A stretch of DNA of 64,000 nt from contig OX597815.1 in assembly GCA_951406725.2 (NCBI GenBank), positions 51,832,001 through 51,896,000 of the forward strand. Direction: 5' to 3'. Shown in pieces: positions 22,985-36,925 of this stretch; within the stretch, counting starts at the first letter, position 1; every line of letters starts with the position of its first letter. The stretch comes from Octopus vulgaris (taxonomy: Eukaryota). A program made the translations under genes and the position numbers. Under the pieces are notes generated by a model that was not told the DNA's origin, searched no databases, and was given only the letters and a program-made list of their open reading frames with translations.

Positions 22985-25900
22985 CTAATAAACCCAAATA
23001 TATAAAAAAAAAATTTCTAAGTGTCTTAAAATGGTAAATGAAAGACATGAAGTATGTGTAAATTACTTTCTTACATTATCCTTATTGTTTTTATGAGCGT
23101 CATTTTAGCACACATCTATGTTTTCAATACAGACTATTTCAGAAAATCCGCATACAAACTGAAAACCATAACCCCTAACTCATCTCAGCAACTTTTCTTA
23201 CCAGTCCAATTGTTATCGAACTTTACTGCTACAAGCACCATCAAATTTTGATATAGAGTTCAAATCACAACTGGTAGTGTAACTAAAGTTGCTCTATTTG
23301 TTTTAAACTACAGAAATCAGTGGGTCTTGAGGGTTAAATTTACCTTCAAGACAAAAAATTGGATTCTGAAAAGCCGAATGGACCAGGGTCCTAAAACCTT
23401 CAAAGTGTCATTTCTCATTGCTCTTATGTACGCAACTTCATTAAACCATTTTAGAGGAAAAAGAAACAACAGTTAATGACATTGCAAACCCAATTTGAAT
23501 GCCAGAAAAAAAGTTTTCAAATGAAAAAGTTAAAACAGAGGACACCACCAAAAACTTGTAACCGAGAAATACTGTCATTGATGTACTTGCCAACGGTTAA
23601 TTTTAAAAGGATTTGTGCGACTTTGAGCTTCATATTATAAACATTACGTTGGCAACGATGAATGAGCTAATCAGAATAATAAAATTAAAAAATATTCTCA
23701 ACTATTTCAAAACACTAATAAAGTTTTTTTATAACAAAAAACCGTATTCTAAAGATAACGGTTATAGTAAAGTTGAACAAAACCAATTCAAACTTGGCTT
23801 CATTTTCCGATAACTAACTATATATGAACTATAACTGAATAGCTTGACCCCCAGCTGTTAATGTTAACCATTATAAATTTTCCAAAACTAACCTTAAAAA
23901 ATTTTTTTTTTAATAATTCACAGCCGAAAATTTGACTACTGCCCTCGTACCGATAATTACAGATTAAAAGATTGGCCTAGCAGATAAAGTTATCTTACTA
24001 GTCGACACTATTTGTATGTTATCTGTGAGCACCGGTGAGAATTTATGATTCGTTAGCTTAGCGCCAATTTTAACTTTTCACGTGGGTTTAGAAAAGGCAA
24101 CGAGAAATCATAACTATCATAGAATCACCAGACTCACAATTACGAGTCTGAGGATACCATTCATTATAAGTAGGTTTTCACTTATCTTTCCCGCCATCGT
24201 TAAAAATAACTGGTATCGCTAAACTTTTGCATCTTTAAAATATTCACAAACGAGTTCACAACGCCTTCCAATTTCCTGATTTACAATATTTCTTCATCGT
24301 AAACGATAGTGAGATCATTGGAAAACCACTCACATGGACTCGTTAAATTGGAAGCTGGGTGTCAAAGCTTATGAACTAGAATCAAAACGCCCCTTTGACG
24401 ATTAACAAAGTTAGGTCTGGTGACGAAGTATATTTTTCAAGTTTGAGTTAAGTTTAAAACAATTTTTGTTGTAAACTTAACATTTCATTACTTTTTATTT
24501 ATTTTGATGACTGAGATCAAGTCTGCGGTCCGACGCGAATAAAAAAAAAGATAAACTAAATTTGTGTCAAACGGCTGTTAAGAATATCATCGGAACTGCT
24601 GATTGGTGTCCACCCCTCCGACACAACTTTTTGAAAAATGCATATTCTTTAATGAAAATTTAGCAGATACGCTTTCAAGGATTTAGATACTCATATTGAT
24701 AAATTTAAGAAAAAAAAAAAAAATAAAATAAATTTAACTTCGTTTTGGATCATTCTCTTCGTCCAATTTTTACCACTTCCCCTAACTTTAGCCTTATTAA
24801 GATTTCTTTGAAACACCAGGTACGAAACGTATTTCTGCACATTTCATTTCATAATATGCATACTATTGAGAGTTAGGAAGAAACAAAATCAGGTGGGATG
24901 AGAATGATTAAAATTCAATATCAATCGTAATCTACCCTCGAAAACGTATCGTAAAGCTTCTTGAAAAACATGCATTTTTAATGTTATAAAAGCAAGTCAG
25001 AGGTAGGAGCATCAATCTATAGTTATGCCCTAAATATACGTTTCTATAACCAGCCGGAATAAGAAAAACAATGCAGAATATGTAACACGTATGTATTTAC
25101 ACTACGTATTTACGAAAACTAAGTACGTTTTCTTCGTCCTCCACACTTTTTATGTATCTTTACTGCCACATCGTATTGACGTTAATAAAACGAGAAACCG
25201 AAACTGCATCACCGCCATAATATCGATGTTAAAATGCAAACTTGATATATAATCAACTATTTATGCTAAACCTAGAATATGACTAAAAAATATTCTTTGA
25301 CTAAGCAACCATACTCGCCAGGTCGGACAAGTGGTCGATTTCACTACTTCTCAATTATTGTCGCTTTAGAACACAATCTATTTTAATGAAATTGATTAAG
25401 CACCCCTGCAAGTAAACTCATTTTGGGGCAAGAATATTTACATAATCAACTTTCACTAATCTAAACGGGGAAAAAAAAAATTAAACTAAACCAAGTGAAT
25501 GTCAGTTCTAGTTTGCTGTATTCATATCCCTTTAAGTAGTGCTACTATAATAAATGCACTCACTCTTACCGCCCCAGTTACCAAGCAACAGAGGCCGGTA
25601 AGAAGGAAAAAACAGCTACTCAGAAGGTGGAGCACTGAATTGAATAGATAAATAGTGCGGAGATCGATTCCTCACTTATTCTAGAACAGAATTGCACAAA
25701 ATATACATATTCACAATCTTAATGAATCATTGACGAAATTTCACAATTGTTGCGCCACCACTAACTTTTAAATTACAGAAAACTTAACAGCTTTAAGGTT
25801 TTCACTCAGTTTGGTGATGAAAGAGTGCCTTAGCAGGAACTCAACACCGCTATTTTCAGCATATTTAGCAAGGCAAACCCTTGTAGAATTTCGAAAAAAC

Positions 25901-27279
25901 AGGTAATAATTAATCGTTATAAACATTCACTAGTTCGAAATCTGTGTGACTGCAAAATGCACTCAAATGTAGACAAGTTAGATATCGATAATTTTGCGAG
26001 GCAAACAAAATACTATTTAAATGATTAGATAAATAAACTAACATATTTAAGTTTGTCATTGTTTGACAAAACTAAAGCAATATCAAATTACGATCATTCC
26101 TTGAAGGTGAAATTACATCGTAAAAAAGACCAGTTCTTGCACTCCCTATTACAGGAGGATATGTAACAGTAGTTAACAGAAATGAAGATACGAGATAAAT
26201 TTGTCTTTAAATTTCATTAAAGAAATTACTTCTACATTTAAATTATCAATTCAATATTAAACTAGACAACAACAAAAAAGGCGTTATATACTAATAAGAA
26301 ACAAAACGTAGATAATGAACATCTTGCGGTCTAAATAGGTCGAGGTTAGCAGTCCTGTCATTTTATAGGATATTATTCAAATTACAACTTGTAAATTGAG
26401 ATCTAAAACCATGTTGGCAAGTGACATCTCGCCACTAAATGGTTGCGTCCTTCGGAAAAATTCCACAAAATTACTGAACCTGGAAACTAAAGCACCACTT
26501 CTTTCCCAAAATCTAATTAATGACCCAATCTTGGAGACATTTAAAGTAAATAAAGGCTTAAATATACCGACTTATTATACTACATTGAAAAAGGATTGGA
26601 TGAGTAACAAAAGTTTCAGTTTTGTATGCTTTGCATTTAGAGTTCTTTTTAAATAAATTTTGCCCATTTAACATGTGAATGGGTCGATTGACGAGAAAGA
26701 TTCAAGGAAATGTTGCCAATAGGTTTCAACTTTTAAACTAACTGCCCAATATTACTGAAATTACTTCAATTTCAGCAACAATCTAAGCATCGTATATACT
26801 TCCGGACAAGAGAAGGTATGATTAATAGGTGTCCTTCACAAATACATTCAAGGAAATGAGACTGTAGTATAAAACTTTTGATATTCATGCAAATAACCCA
26901 AAAATTAAAAAGGCAATTGACATTACTCCATTTCATTTAAATGTTTCAAAATTATGGACCGACCACTACAGATAAAAGTGATTTCAATATCTTATTTACA
27001 AAATAAAACCAGGAAGCGAATACATTTATTTTTCGTTTATATCTAAACATGTAGTGTTTTTTTTTACACCCTTTTATGTAAGAAATATTTTTGCATCCGG
27101 TTTTGAGAAACACATGGTTGGAAATACATGTTATGTCGCGTGTGTATGTAGAGATAAAACCCAGCACAAAATGGATAAAAATTGTCTTTATTTTCAATAA
27201 AAGAGAGACAGAAATATGCTTAATAAAAATCATTCATTTACCAAAAGAATAACCTCAACAAACTAGCTAATGAAATAAT

Positions 27280-28800
27280 GTAGAGTGAGGAAGTGGAGAG
27301 CACGAGTGGAACGGTGGCGTCCATTTTGGAGAGGCGGTTTGAAATTTTGAGAAAAATATATATAAAATAGCATTACCATATGTATGGTGTAAAATACTAT
27401 AAAAACAGGTTGTAAGAATTGTTCTGGTGGAAAACAAGCTAGATAGAATTAAAGAAAAATAGCAAACAGAAGACATTAAAAAATAAAATCAATATTTTTT
27501 TTTTGTAAGAGACTAGCGGCTTGGCGCGTCAGCCTGAATATGGCCGCAAAATGGGGGATCAGCACACTTGACTGTTCGTTGTTTCGAACATATAAATGTA
27601 GGTTAATCACAGGAAACGCTGACTGATAGAGAATTATGGTTAAACTCAGGATAAGGGGAAACCACAGCCGATATTTCAAAGAAGGAAGACTATTTAAAAT
27701 ATGCTACTATTCCACGTTAATACATAACCTGCTGGAACAGTCGCCATTGTCGTATTACAGTAACAAGGAGTGGTCACAAAATGGCAGACTTGTTACTAGA
27801 TACAGAATAACAGAGAGACGATCCCTCACTTCTCGGCCACCCTTTTAGGTAGAGAAATAAGACTTGAAAAAGGACAAAATAACCATTGACAAAAGACATA
27901 AGCAAATAGTTAATAACAAACGAAATTTTCTTCATTTTTCAGTTGAAAATTCGCTAACAGAAGTGAAGAAGGTGAAGATAAACGACACTGTAAGAAACGG
28001 ATAAACGCCTACTGTTTTGTTTGCTTTCATTAAGCAAAGTGAGGATAACAGTGAATGGAGTTGTTTGGAATAAATAATAAATATCATATTGGTTTTACCT
28101 GTAACGGTTGTTTTCTGCATTGGGCGAACTTGCCCTCGAATTTTTCTCACTTTTTTCGCAGTCGGACATCGCTGCTGTAATCGTGACTAAGACTTTCTCT
28201 CACTCTCTCCCTCAATATTTTGCGTGTGTGTGAGTGAAGGAGTTAAGCAACACCGAAGCTACACTCGGTTGTCGTTTTTAGAAATGTGGTAACAGGCGGA
28301 GTATACTGTATCAAAGAAGTTGGAGTATAACGTTTAGTGGGAGAAGGAGGAGGCAAAAGAACAATCAAACGGTCACGAAGATAGAAAGTGAGTCAGAGAG
28401 AGAGGAAAAGATAGAGAGAAAGGGAGCACAAGGGTAGAAGGAGAAGGAAGTGCAAACAAGCGGTTAGGAAACTAGAAAGGGAGCTAGAAAAAGGGAGGCA
28501 AAAGAGAAAAGTATAGATGATGAGGAAAGAGAAAGAGAGCACTCGGAAAATATAATTAGAGAAGAGAATCGAGAGGAAACGGAACAATAGGGGGAAAAGA
28601 CAGATAGAGAGTGAGAATGGCAAAAAAGTACTACACGTCAAGAAGAAATAGAGACTGCAATATTTGAAAAGTGGTGGGCGGTTCAAAATAACACTAGAGA
28701 AAGAACAAGAGGAGGAGGCAGAGATAACAATGACGAAACTGAAGGCGGAAGAGTAGGAGGACAATCAAAGCGAGCTGTTTAAAGATGTCGGGCGGTTTTT
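27280..28800 (-). promoter_or_regulatory. CpG-enriched promoter / 5' UTR / proximal intron-1 regulatory region
   Basis: CpG density visibly above flanks; GA/CT-rich tract 28390-28760; YY1-like (AANATGGC / GCCAT), E2F-like (TTGGCGCG) and ETS-like (GGAAGTG) words. TSS not determinable. Confidence 0.55.
28099..28169 (-). CDS. MYEF2: MYEF2/hnRNP M-like exon 1 (MSDCEKSEKNSRASSPNAENNRY)
   Basis: ATG at 28169 in a CpG-rich context; CAG|gtaaaa donor; phase 2 matches exon 2. Confidence 0.75.
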
Positions 28801-30084
28801 TTATGTTGTCTTTGAGCCTTTCTAGGAAAACGTAGGGAAAAAAATTTCATTGAATTTTAAAAATTAAAAAAATAAATTTCATTGAATTTACTCATCTTTC
28901 ATTCTGAGATTCAAAGAATAAATATGCATAAAAGCAAAAAAAACTCCAAATAATGCGTATCGTCCGATGAATAATGAAAGGAAAATGATTAAATGAGAGA
29001 AAAAAATCCCTGCCCAAAGACAGACGTTAACGGCGGGGAGATAATTCTCCAGTTCTCCATTGCTCAATTAAACTAGCAACCATGCCAACGTTTATTACTA
29101 TGGAGTCCCACTCAACTTCAATGTCACACTTTGCTTCCTCATCTCTCACTCCCACTTCGTAAATGCATCTAATCTCACAATGAAATACAATTCATTACTA
29201 TGTTTATATACTATATCCTCTTCGAATCAACTTATTATTTTTCATTTTCTCTTCTAAGATAATTATTTATTGATATGGTATAATTTTCACATTTAATTTA
29301 TATTCATAATTTTTATTTATACCTTTGTTCACAATTATTGACTTGTATGTTAACAGTTATACTAATAAAAAAGAAAGGTCATTAATTCTCTCATAAACCC
29401 AAATATCTATTGTGTGTATTATAGCGTGAATGCGTGTGTGTATATATATATCTATATATATGATATATAGATATATATATACAGAGATACACAAAAACAC
29501 GTGCACACGTAAATCACACACACACACATATATACATATATATTTCCTGTAACAACTGGTCACCATTTGTTAACAAGGACAACCTGCTGAACATCAATAT
29601 TTCATTTGCTTTATTGGAGGAATATATATATACTTACATTCATATACATATGTTACATTATATTGTTCTATATCAAAAGTTGACAGTTCACAGTTCAGTT
29701 TCGCCCTTGGCAGAGCTGTGTATATATATATATATATATGTATACACTTGTTTGTATTCACACGTGCATATATATTTGCATTCACACACGCATGTGTGTG
29801 GAGAATTAGTGAAAGAATCAGTGCATATATTGGGTTTTCTCTAATACCCTCTTCAGTGGGTTTAGCATAGAAATGAATACCATATGGGAGTTTTAATTAA
29901 AACAAGAACATGGAAGCTATAGCCATAAAAAAGAAACTGAAAAATATTAAAATGTTAGATTTAACGGTCCTAATTTCTATTACCTAATTGTCCCACGAGA
30001 TATTGGTCAGTGATTATGTATTGATTAGATGTAATAATACAGTTAGTGATATGAACGCTATCCCAATGACAGTCAGTTTCTATA

Positions 30085-30237
30085 CATCATCATCATCATC
30101 ATCATTGTTTAACGTCCGTTCTCCATGCTAGCATGGGTTGGACGGTTCGACCGGGGATCTGGGAAGCCAGAAGGCTGCACCAGGCTCCAGTCTTATCTGG
30201 CAATGTTTCTACAGCTGGATGCCATTCCTAACGCCAA
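30085..30237 (-). mobile_element. Short RTE 3'-end copy
   Basis: (CAT)n tail plus TTAACGTCC...CCTAACGCCAA; near-identical to 42192-42342. Confidence 0.85.
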
Positions 30238-30389
30238 ATATATATATATATATATACCGTGGCTCAAGCAGGATGAGCTTGTAACATTACATCTAGGAGA
30301 ATATCCCTAGAAAAGTAATACAGAAAGAACAATGGAGTTTTAAAAAAAGATCTAGTTTGAAATTCTGACACTAGCAAAACGACTGTCAA

Positions 30390-31213
30390 CTGAAGAAGGC
30401 CAGAAAGTTCAAATACATTAGCATTAAAGGACACCCCTTCAACACAGTCAACCACTTCACCTATCCAAGGAGCATCATTTCTACTGATGCAGCCGTAAAA
30501 TGGATATTGACAACTGCATCACCAAAGCCAACACTTCCTTTGGATGTCTGCAGAACTGTGTACTGCACCTGTCCACCAAGATTAAAATCTAAAAAGGCAG
30601 TTGTCATCACTTATTTATGGATCAGAAGTTTGGGTGCTTTACAGGAAGGAGGTTAAGCAGCACTTTCACCAAAAGTGCTTTCCCTCTATCATGGACATCA
30701 AATGGAAGGGACACATCAACAACAACAAAGACTTCTAGCAAGCCTAACGCCCAAACACTTAAGATATGCTGCTGTTCAGGTAACTTACATGGACAGGCCA
30801 TAATCTCATACACAGACAAATTCAGAATGCAGAAGGCTGCATTCTACAGCAAGTGCAACCAGGAAAAAAGTTACAGATGAGACTCAGAAAGCATTTCAAA
30901 GACCAATTGAAATGCCAGCTCACCCAGGCAAGACAAGACCCTACAGGTTGAAAGGGAGTCGCACCACAGAGGGAGGTGTGGTGAGACTGCATCAAGATTG
31001 CCGCTAGCAACTTTGCTAAAGCAAGAGCAATTTCAGCAGATAAGAAACACCAAAGAAGGAAAGAGTCACTGTCATGACCTCTATCTAACCACAGCCTACA
31101 TATTTACCCCAAGTGTGCCAGAGCCTGTCATTCAAGTATCAGTTTACTTGGCCACATGAGGGCTTGCTGCTCTTATGATCTTTGAACACAAAGAACTGCC
31201 ATCATCATCATCA
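30390..31213 (+). mobile_element. Decayed RTE (BovB-like) LINE ORF C-terminus and tail
   Basis: Frameshifted DIDNCITKANTSFG, LYGSEVW and PKCARAC...GHMRAC; ends in (ATC)n. Confidence 0.75.
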
Positions 31214-33949
31214 TAGTCTTAATGCCTATTTTTCCATATTTGCAATGGATCAGATGGGTACATTAAGGTGGAGTTTGTTCCAGCCAGATATTCTTCCTAA
31301 TGCCAACTCATGCCTGTTTCCAAATTAGGTAATAATTTCCCAGTCCATAAAACAACAAACAGCCCAGATGTGGTTACATGAAGAACTGGAAATAAACAAC
31401 ACCATATGAATGAGTCTTTTCATTACAAAGATCACACAACATGTCAAGAAACCAAAACATGCTTTTGCAATGGACTATGAATAAATGGCATGCACTGTGT
31501 GAACAGCAAGGCCATTGTTTAAGATCAGTGACCACATGTGAAGACATGGGAAACCACAAAATCACTCACACAAACACATGCATACATATTTATATCTAGA
31601 TAGATATGTGAAGATACATATATATATAACATCATCATTTAATGTCCACCTTCCATGCTGGCATGAGTTGGATGATCTGACAGAAGGTGGCCAGGCAGAA
31701 GACTGCACCAGACTTCTGTGTCTGTTTTGGCACAATTTTTACAGCTGCAGAGTGGACTATGCTTTTTACATGGCACTAGCACAGGCGAGGTCAGTTTTGG
31801 TAAGGTTTTTACAGTTGGATGACCTTCCGAGTGCCAACCACTTTACAATATGGACCAGATGCTTTTTTACATGGTGCCAGCACTGGCAGTGTCACCAAGT
31901 AACTTGCAAGACAAAGATCCTTTGAGAGGGGAGGGGGCTTGGAGGGAGTAATTTTGTGTCAAATGTTGAAAGGTTATAGTGTTGTAGAGGAGGTATATGG
32001 TTACCCAGCCAGAGAGAGTGTGATCAAGAATGAGGACAGAAACAGGTGTGCTGCTGTAAAGGAGATGCATTATTACTCAGCCAGAGGGAAGAGCAAGAGA
32101 AAGAGGGTGGAAGACAGCAGGAGAGAGATGGTGGCAAAGTTCCAGGGCATATAAGGAATGGGGATCAGAACATGAATGAATATTAAAGGAAGAGAAATAT
32201 AGATAGAGGCAAGTGCCAGGGCATATCCTCAGATCACAAAGGTCATAATATGAGTAGCAGAGTATTGCCAAAGAAGCAAGTGGAGTGGGGAATTCAGTGA
32301 TTGGTGAGAACCTTGGTATATAGAGGGATTGGGGGACTACAGGATAGCAATGATACAGTGAGATAAGATTGAGGAGTGAGAGATAAGCATAGTACATAAA
32401 AGAAGGAATGTGAGGAAGAGAAGAGATGTAGTTTGGTGTGTTGGGGTAGAGTATGCATGGGTAGAACACATAGCACTTCTAGAACTCAGTTTTGCTGATG
32501 TGAACAGGTCTTCTCAAGAACTTGATATGGCCAATGGGCTTCTTTCAGTTGCTGCCAAGCAAATTCATTCACACAGCTTTGGTTTGCCTGGGGCTATAAT
32601 AAAAAACAGTGGTTACCTAAGTGCCACACAGTTGATTGAACCCAAAACCAAATAGTCGTGTGGTTAACAAGCAAACTCTTAACCACACAGCTATGCCTCC
32701 ACCTATAGAGCTATGCCTGTGCTGTATGCCTATGCCTGCACCTGTAAGCTCAAACCTACCCCCTTAATGCCATGCTTATGTCTTTATGGTCATGCCCATG
32801 TCTGTTGTAATATGGCCATATGTGTGCTTCAATACTGACTATCCTGTTGTTCAATTGACTGAACTCTTTGAATTAGCATGTTAAGTAACTGAACATTCTA
32901 TAGTCATGTATAACTCAATTTAATAATTCTCAGATAGAATCAGCATTCATTCAAAGCAACATGACAAAGAAGGGGAACAGAAGAGAGGGTGATGGCAGAA
33001 GATAAATAATGACAATAGCAGAGTATGATGTATTGAAACCTGGCCTCAGTCAAATGAATGAAACAAGTAAATGAATAAATATTTATGCTTGCTTTCAAAG
33101 CTGGCATGGATGGAACAGGTTGTCATTGAATCAGCTGTTATTTGGAATTACTGCCCTTCTGGATGATCTGAGGTTCACAACTTGCTTGTACATTTCATTT
33201 TTAGCATGATTTCTGTATCTTGACATCCTTCCTAACACCACCAACTTGACAGTTTACTAGTTGTTGAGGGGTTGTCATGTCCTCAGCATGCCTAAAGAGT
33301 TCTCTTGATCCAATGTTACTATTATTTGTTTGCTAACCACTTTACAGGGTGTTGTGGATACATTTTATCATAATACCAGCATTAGAAAGGTAGCCTTATC
33401 CTAACCTACTCCGAAGAGTCCTATCTGTCTGTGTTCATTCAAGACAAACATGACCAGAAGGTTGAATAGAAGAGAGGGTGGTGGCAAAGAAAAATCAGGA
33501 TGAGAGGTTGAAGAAGAGTAAATATGATGCTAGAAACACAATATTAAGAGTAGAGAGTCAGAAATGTAGTAACAGTGACAGGCAGCTACATGCTAGTTGT
33601 TGATAGGAAAACTGAATACAAAAGGACCATAAGCTGTATGGTAGGAAAGGAAGTCTTGATAGAGAGTGAAGGATTGCAAGATAAAAAAAAAAATGAGTGA
33701 TGGCAAGAGAAAGTAGAAGATAGATAGAAATAGAGATGGGTGATAGTAAGAAGGAGTAGTAGATATCAATAAAGAGTGACATGAGGGTTGAGTAAATAAT
33801 GGATAGCAATAGAAGAGGGGTGATGGTAGGAGATATTGAATAAGAATGAATTTTATGTCATCCTTCATTATGATGGAAGGAAGAAAAAATCAACACCATT
33901 TACTATGCTTACACAAGTGAACAAACCTGCATGTTAAAACTCGGGGTCT

Positions 33950-34340
33950 TTTAGCATCTCCTTCATGAGAACAACCTTTGCCACTCCACCTCATGTTTCT
34001 GAGGTCTTCTTTCACAGGTTTTATTCACCTTGAGCATATGGCACTTCTTCATACAATTAACACCAATTAACATACCCATAAAGTACAGTCTTCTCTCTTG
34101 TGTACTATATCTGATTCCTTTTATATCGTGCTTTTGTTTAACCCATTTGTGCTCTGTTGTTCACCTAAAGTGAATATTCATTTCATTTCTTTCAAGCTTT
34201 TGTAAATTTTCTACATTCAAGGTCTATGTCTCACTTTCATGCAGCCACACTTCATATGGTCATCATACAATCTACCCTTTATTCCGAGAGAGAACCCTTT
34301 TGTTAGCAGCTGAAGTAAAAATTCCTTGAATTTCACTCCT
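33950..34340 (-). mobile_element. Decayed RTE LINE ORF fragment
   Basis: Reverse strand resembles the VKFKE...KGLSLR...GRL region of the RTE at 57221. Confidence 0.5.
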
Positions 34341-35144
34341 TCCCACCCTCTTTCAGTATAAAAATGTAATCTTTCAGAGCATTGTATAAGACATGTAACA
34401 TCTGTTTCATTGAAACGAAGGTAATAGACGATTTCTAGTTATTGAAGAAATATGAGCTATTGGATGTGAGGAATGGGTTGAAAAAATAACTGGATATCAA
34501 AGTTATCAATGTGTCACAGGATTAGTTGCAGAGTCTCAAACACCAACCCAATGCCTAGGAATCAAACCTAAATCACTGCATTCACATTTAATAATGATAA
34601 TCAGGAAGCTGTTGAAGATTGATCAAGAAGAGACTAGCCTATTTAAATCTGAAAAAGACATTAAAGAATTTGTCATTTATCAGTAACAAGTTGACCAGCT
34701 GCACTGGCACAGATGTTTAATGAAAATAGCTGGTATATGTTAAGTAGAATAATCAGAAAAATCTTTGGAGAAAAGGATTAAATAAAATCTTACAGAAAGG
34801 AACATAAAAGTGGATAAGGATTAAAATGCATGGTGAAATTATGTGTAGTGCATTTATCAAATATCTGCCAACCTGGCATACATAAGGTTCTAAACTAACA
34901 ATGACAAAAACGATGATGATATATTTCTTATCTTTTTATCTTTCTGCTTATGTTTTAGTCACTAGATTGTGGCCATGCTGGGCCACCACATTGAAGGATT
35001 TTAAACAAATGATTTTAATCACTACTTATTCTATCACTCTCTTTTGCTGAACTGCTAAGTTACAGTGATGCAAACAAGCCAATACCAGTTGTCAAACAGT
35101 CATGGGGGACAAACACAAACACACTCATAAAAACAGTATGTATG

Positions 35145-35194
<50 letters not shown>

Positions 35195-36539
35195 TATATG
35201 ATAGGCCTCTTTCAATTTCTGTCTTCCAAATCCACTCAAAACTTTGGTCACCCCGCTATAGTAGAAGACATTTGCCCAAAGAGAAACACAGAAAGACTGA
35301 AACTGGAACCATGTGATTGGGATGCAAGCTTCTTACCACACAGCCATTCCTGCAATGTATTTTCTTACAAACTATAGAGTCATTTCTCAGTAAAGAAAAA
35401 AGAAGCAAACTTTGTAACTATAACATCTTGGATTATTTAAACTGAGTCACTACACAATACTAAATGAGAGCATTAATTAGGTTATGTTTAAGAAACACAG
35501 AGCATTTTTAAAACAGACAAGAATACAATGATGACAACATCATCAAACTAATTTCAAATAGCAAATCTTTTATATCAGTAGAGCACTTGAAACATCTCTG
35601 TAACTTCAATGTTATTAAAATACAGTTCATGATATAATAAAAAAGGAATATTTAGAAGCAGAGAAAAAAAAAACTTGAAAGAAATGTATTAAAATGACAC
35701 ATTATAGTCATACTTTAATACAAAACATATAAGTACAATTACTAAGTGCGGAAGAATATATATATATATATATCATACATATATATAACACATTCACAGA
35801 TAGTCAATAGAAATATTTTTGTCTTTAATTATGACTCTCAGCAAAATTAGTTATAGAGTAGAAATAGGAAAATCTCATAAATGAGATGGTGATTGTGATG
35901 ATGATGATGATTTTAACCTTAGTATAGAAAGTATTTCTCTGTGGTTCATGTTCCATTTTATTCAATATACATGCTTATGTCTGTGTGTATAGAGCGTATG
36001 TCTGCTTGCATAGCATTCATATTTGTGTGTGCATGTATATAATCATAATATAAATACATACACACACACAAATATATAAATACACACGCACACACACACA
36101 CACACCTTAATTAACCAAAATTCAAAGAAGTGAGAGATGAAATACTTATTCCATTTGTTAACAGCTGTTTTGTAAACTGCATCATACAACTGTATAAAAA
36201 TGCATATAGGTCCATAGCTATAGTTCTTGAGAGAACATTTCATGGACAATATCCTAATCTCAGCTACAACCTTCTGGACTGCTAGACACCCAGCAGGGAG
36301 TCACTATGAGTTCTGTTTTTTCTTTGAATCGCTATTCCTGTTGAGTGTGTGTGTGTTTGTGCATACCAAACTGTGCATAAGAAGCTTTCTTTTCAACACT
36401 TGATTCTACATTAAATGCCAATGAATGACATTTTTGGTAAGACTTCTACCATACCATTAGGTTCACCAGTATCTACTGAGTTGAAAGTGGAAACTAAACT
36501 ATATGGAGGTCAGTCATATATATGGTAGCACACACACAC

Positions 36540-36595
<56 letters not shown>

Positions 36596-36599
36596 TTAC

Positions 36600-36638
<39 letters not shown>
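36540..36638. repeat. (CTAT)n microsatellite
   Basis: Direct inspection. Confidence 0.95.
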
Positions 36639-36925
36639 CCTGCGTGTGAACACGTGTGTGCGTGTGTGTGCATGCGTGCATGCATGCACACACATGTATC
36701 TGCAACAGAAGTGATATCAGATTAAAATAGCTATCTGTGTGTCATACTTAATGTATATATATTGCAAACACCTAAAAAAATTTGCCTTTTTGAAATATAT
36801 CTGCATTAGGTATGATACACTAGTATAATATTTCTATTATATGTAATTTTCTAGATGGTGTAATTTAATTGTTCATTTTGAATTGATAAAAGGTGGTTTT
36901 TTTCTAATTTTATATATATATCATA

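Larger units (their letters stand above)
15209..28169 (-). other. MYEF2: hnRNP M / myelin expression factor 2-like gene, 12 coding exons, 1968 nt CDS (655 aa)
   Basis: Exons 28099-28169, 22824-22984, 22646-22706, 22464-22557, 21474-21680, 21234-21387, 20446-20556, 17458-17532, 16521-17341, 16380-16431, 16149-16247, 15209-15270 join in frame. Three RRMs each carry the family W motif (NIPYEMKW, NLDYKVTW, NLPHSFTW), plus a GM-rich linker. Probably co-orthologous to vertebrate HNRNPM and MYEF2. Confidence 0.92.

Noticed and set aside
25812-25860. C-box-like GTGATGA in intron 1
   Set aside because: Antisense to the host gene, with no matching D box or terminal stem, so not a snoRNA.
28393-28764. 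123-aa hydrophobic ORF upstream of exon 1
   Set aside because: Low-complexity CT-rich promoter/5' UTR sequence with a non-ATG start and no recognisable domain.
29815-29862. Minus-strand CTGAAGA-GGGT..ACCC hammerhead-like start
   Set aside because: GAAA and the cleavage triplet are absent; too decayed to call.
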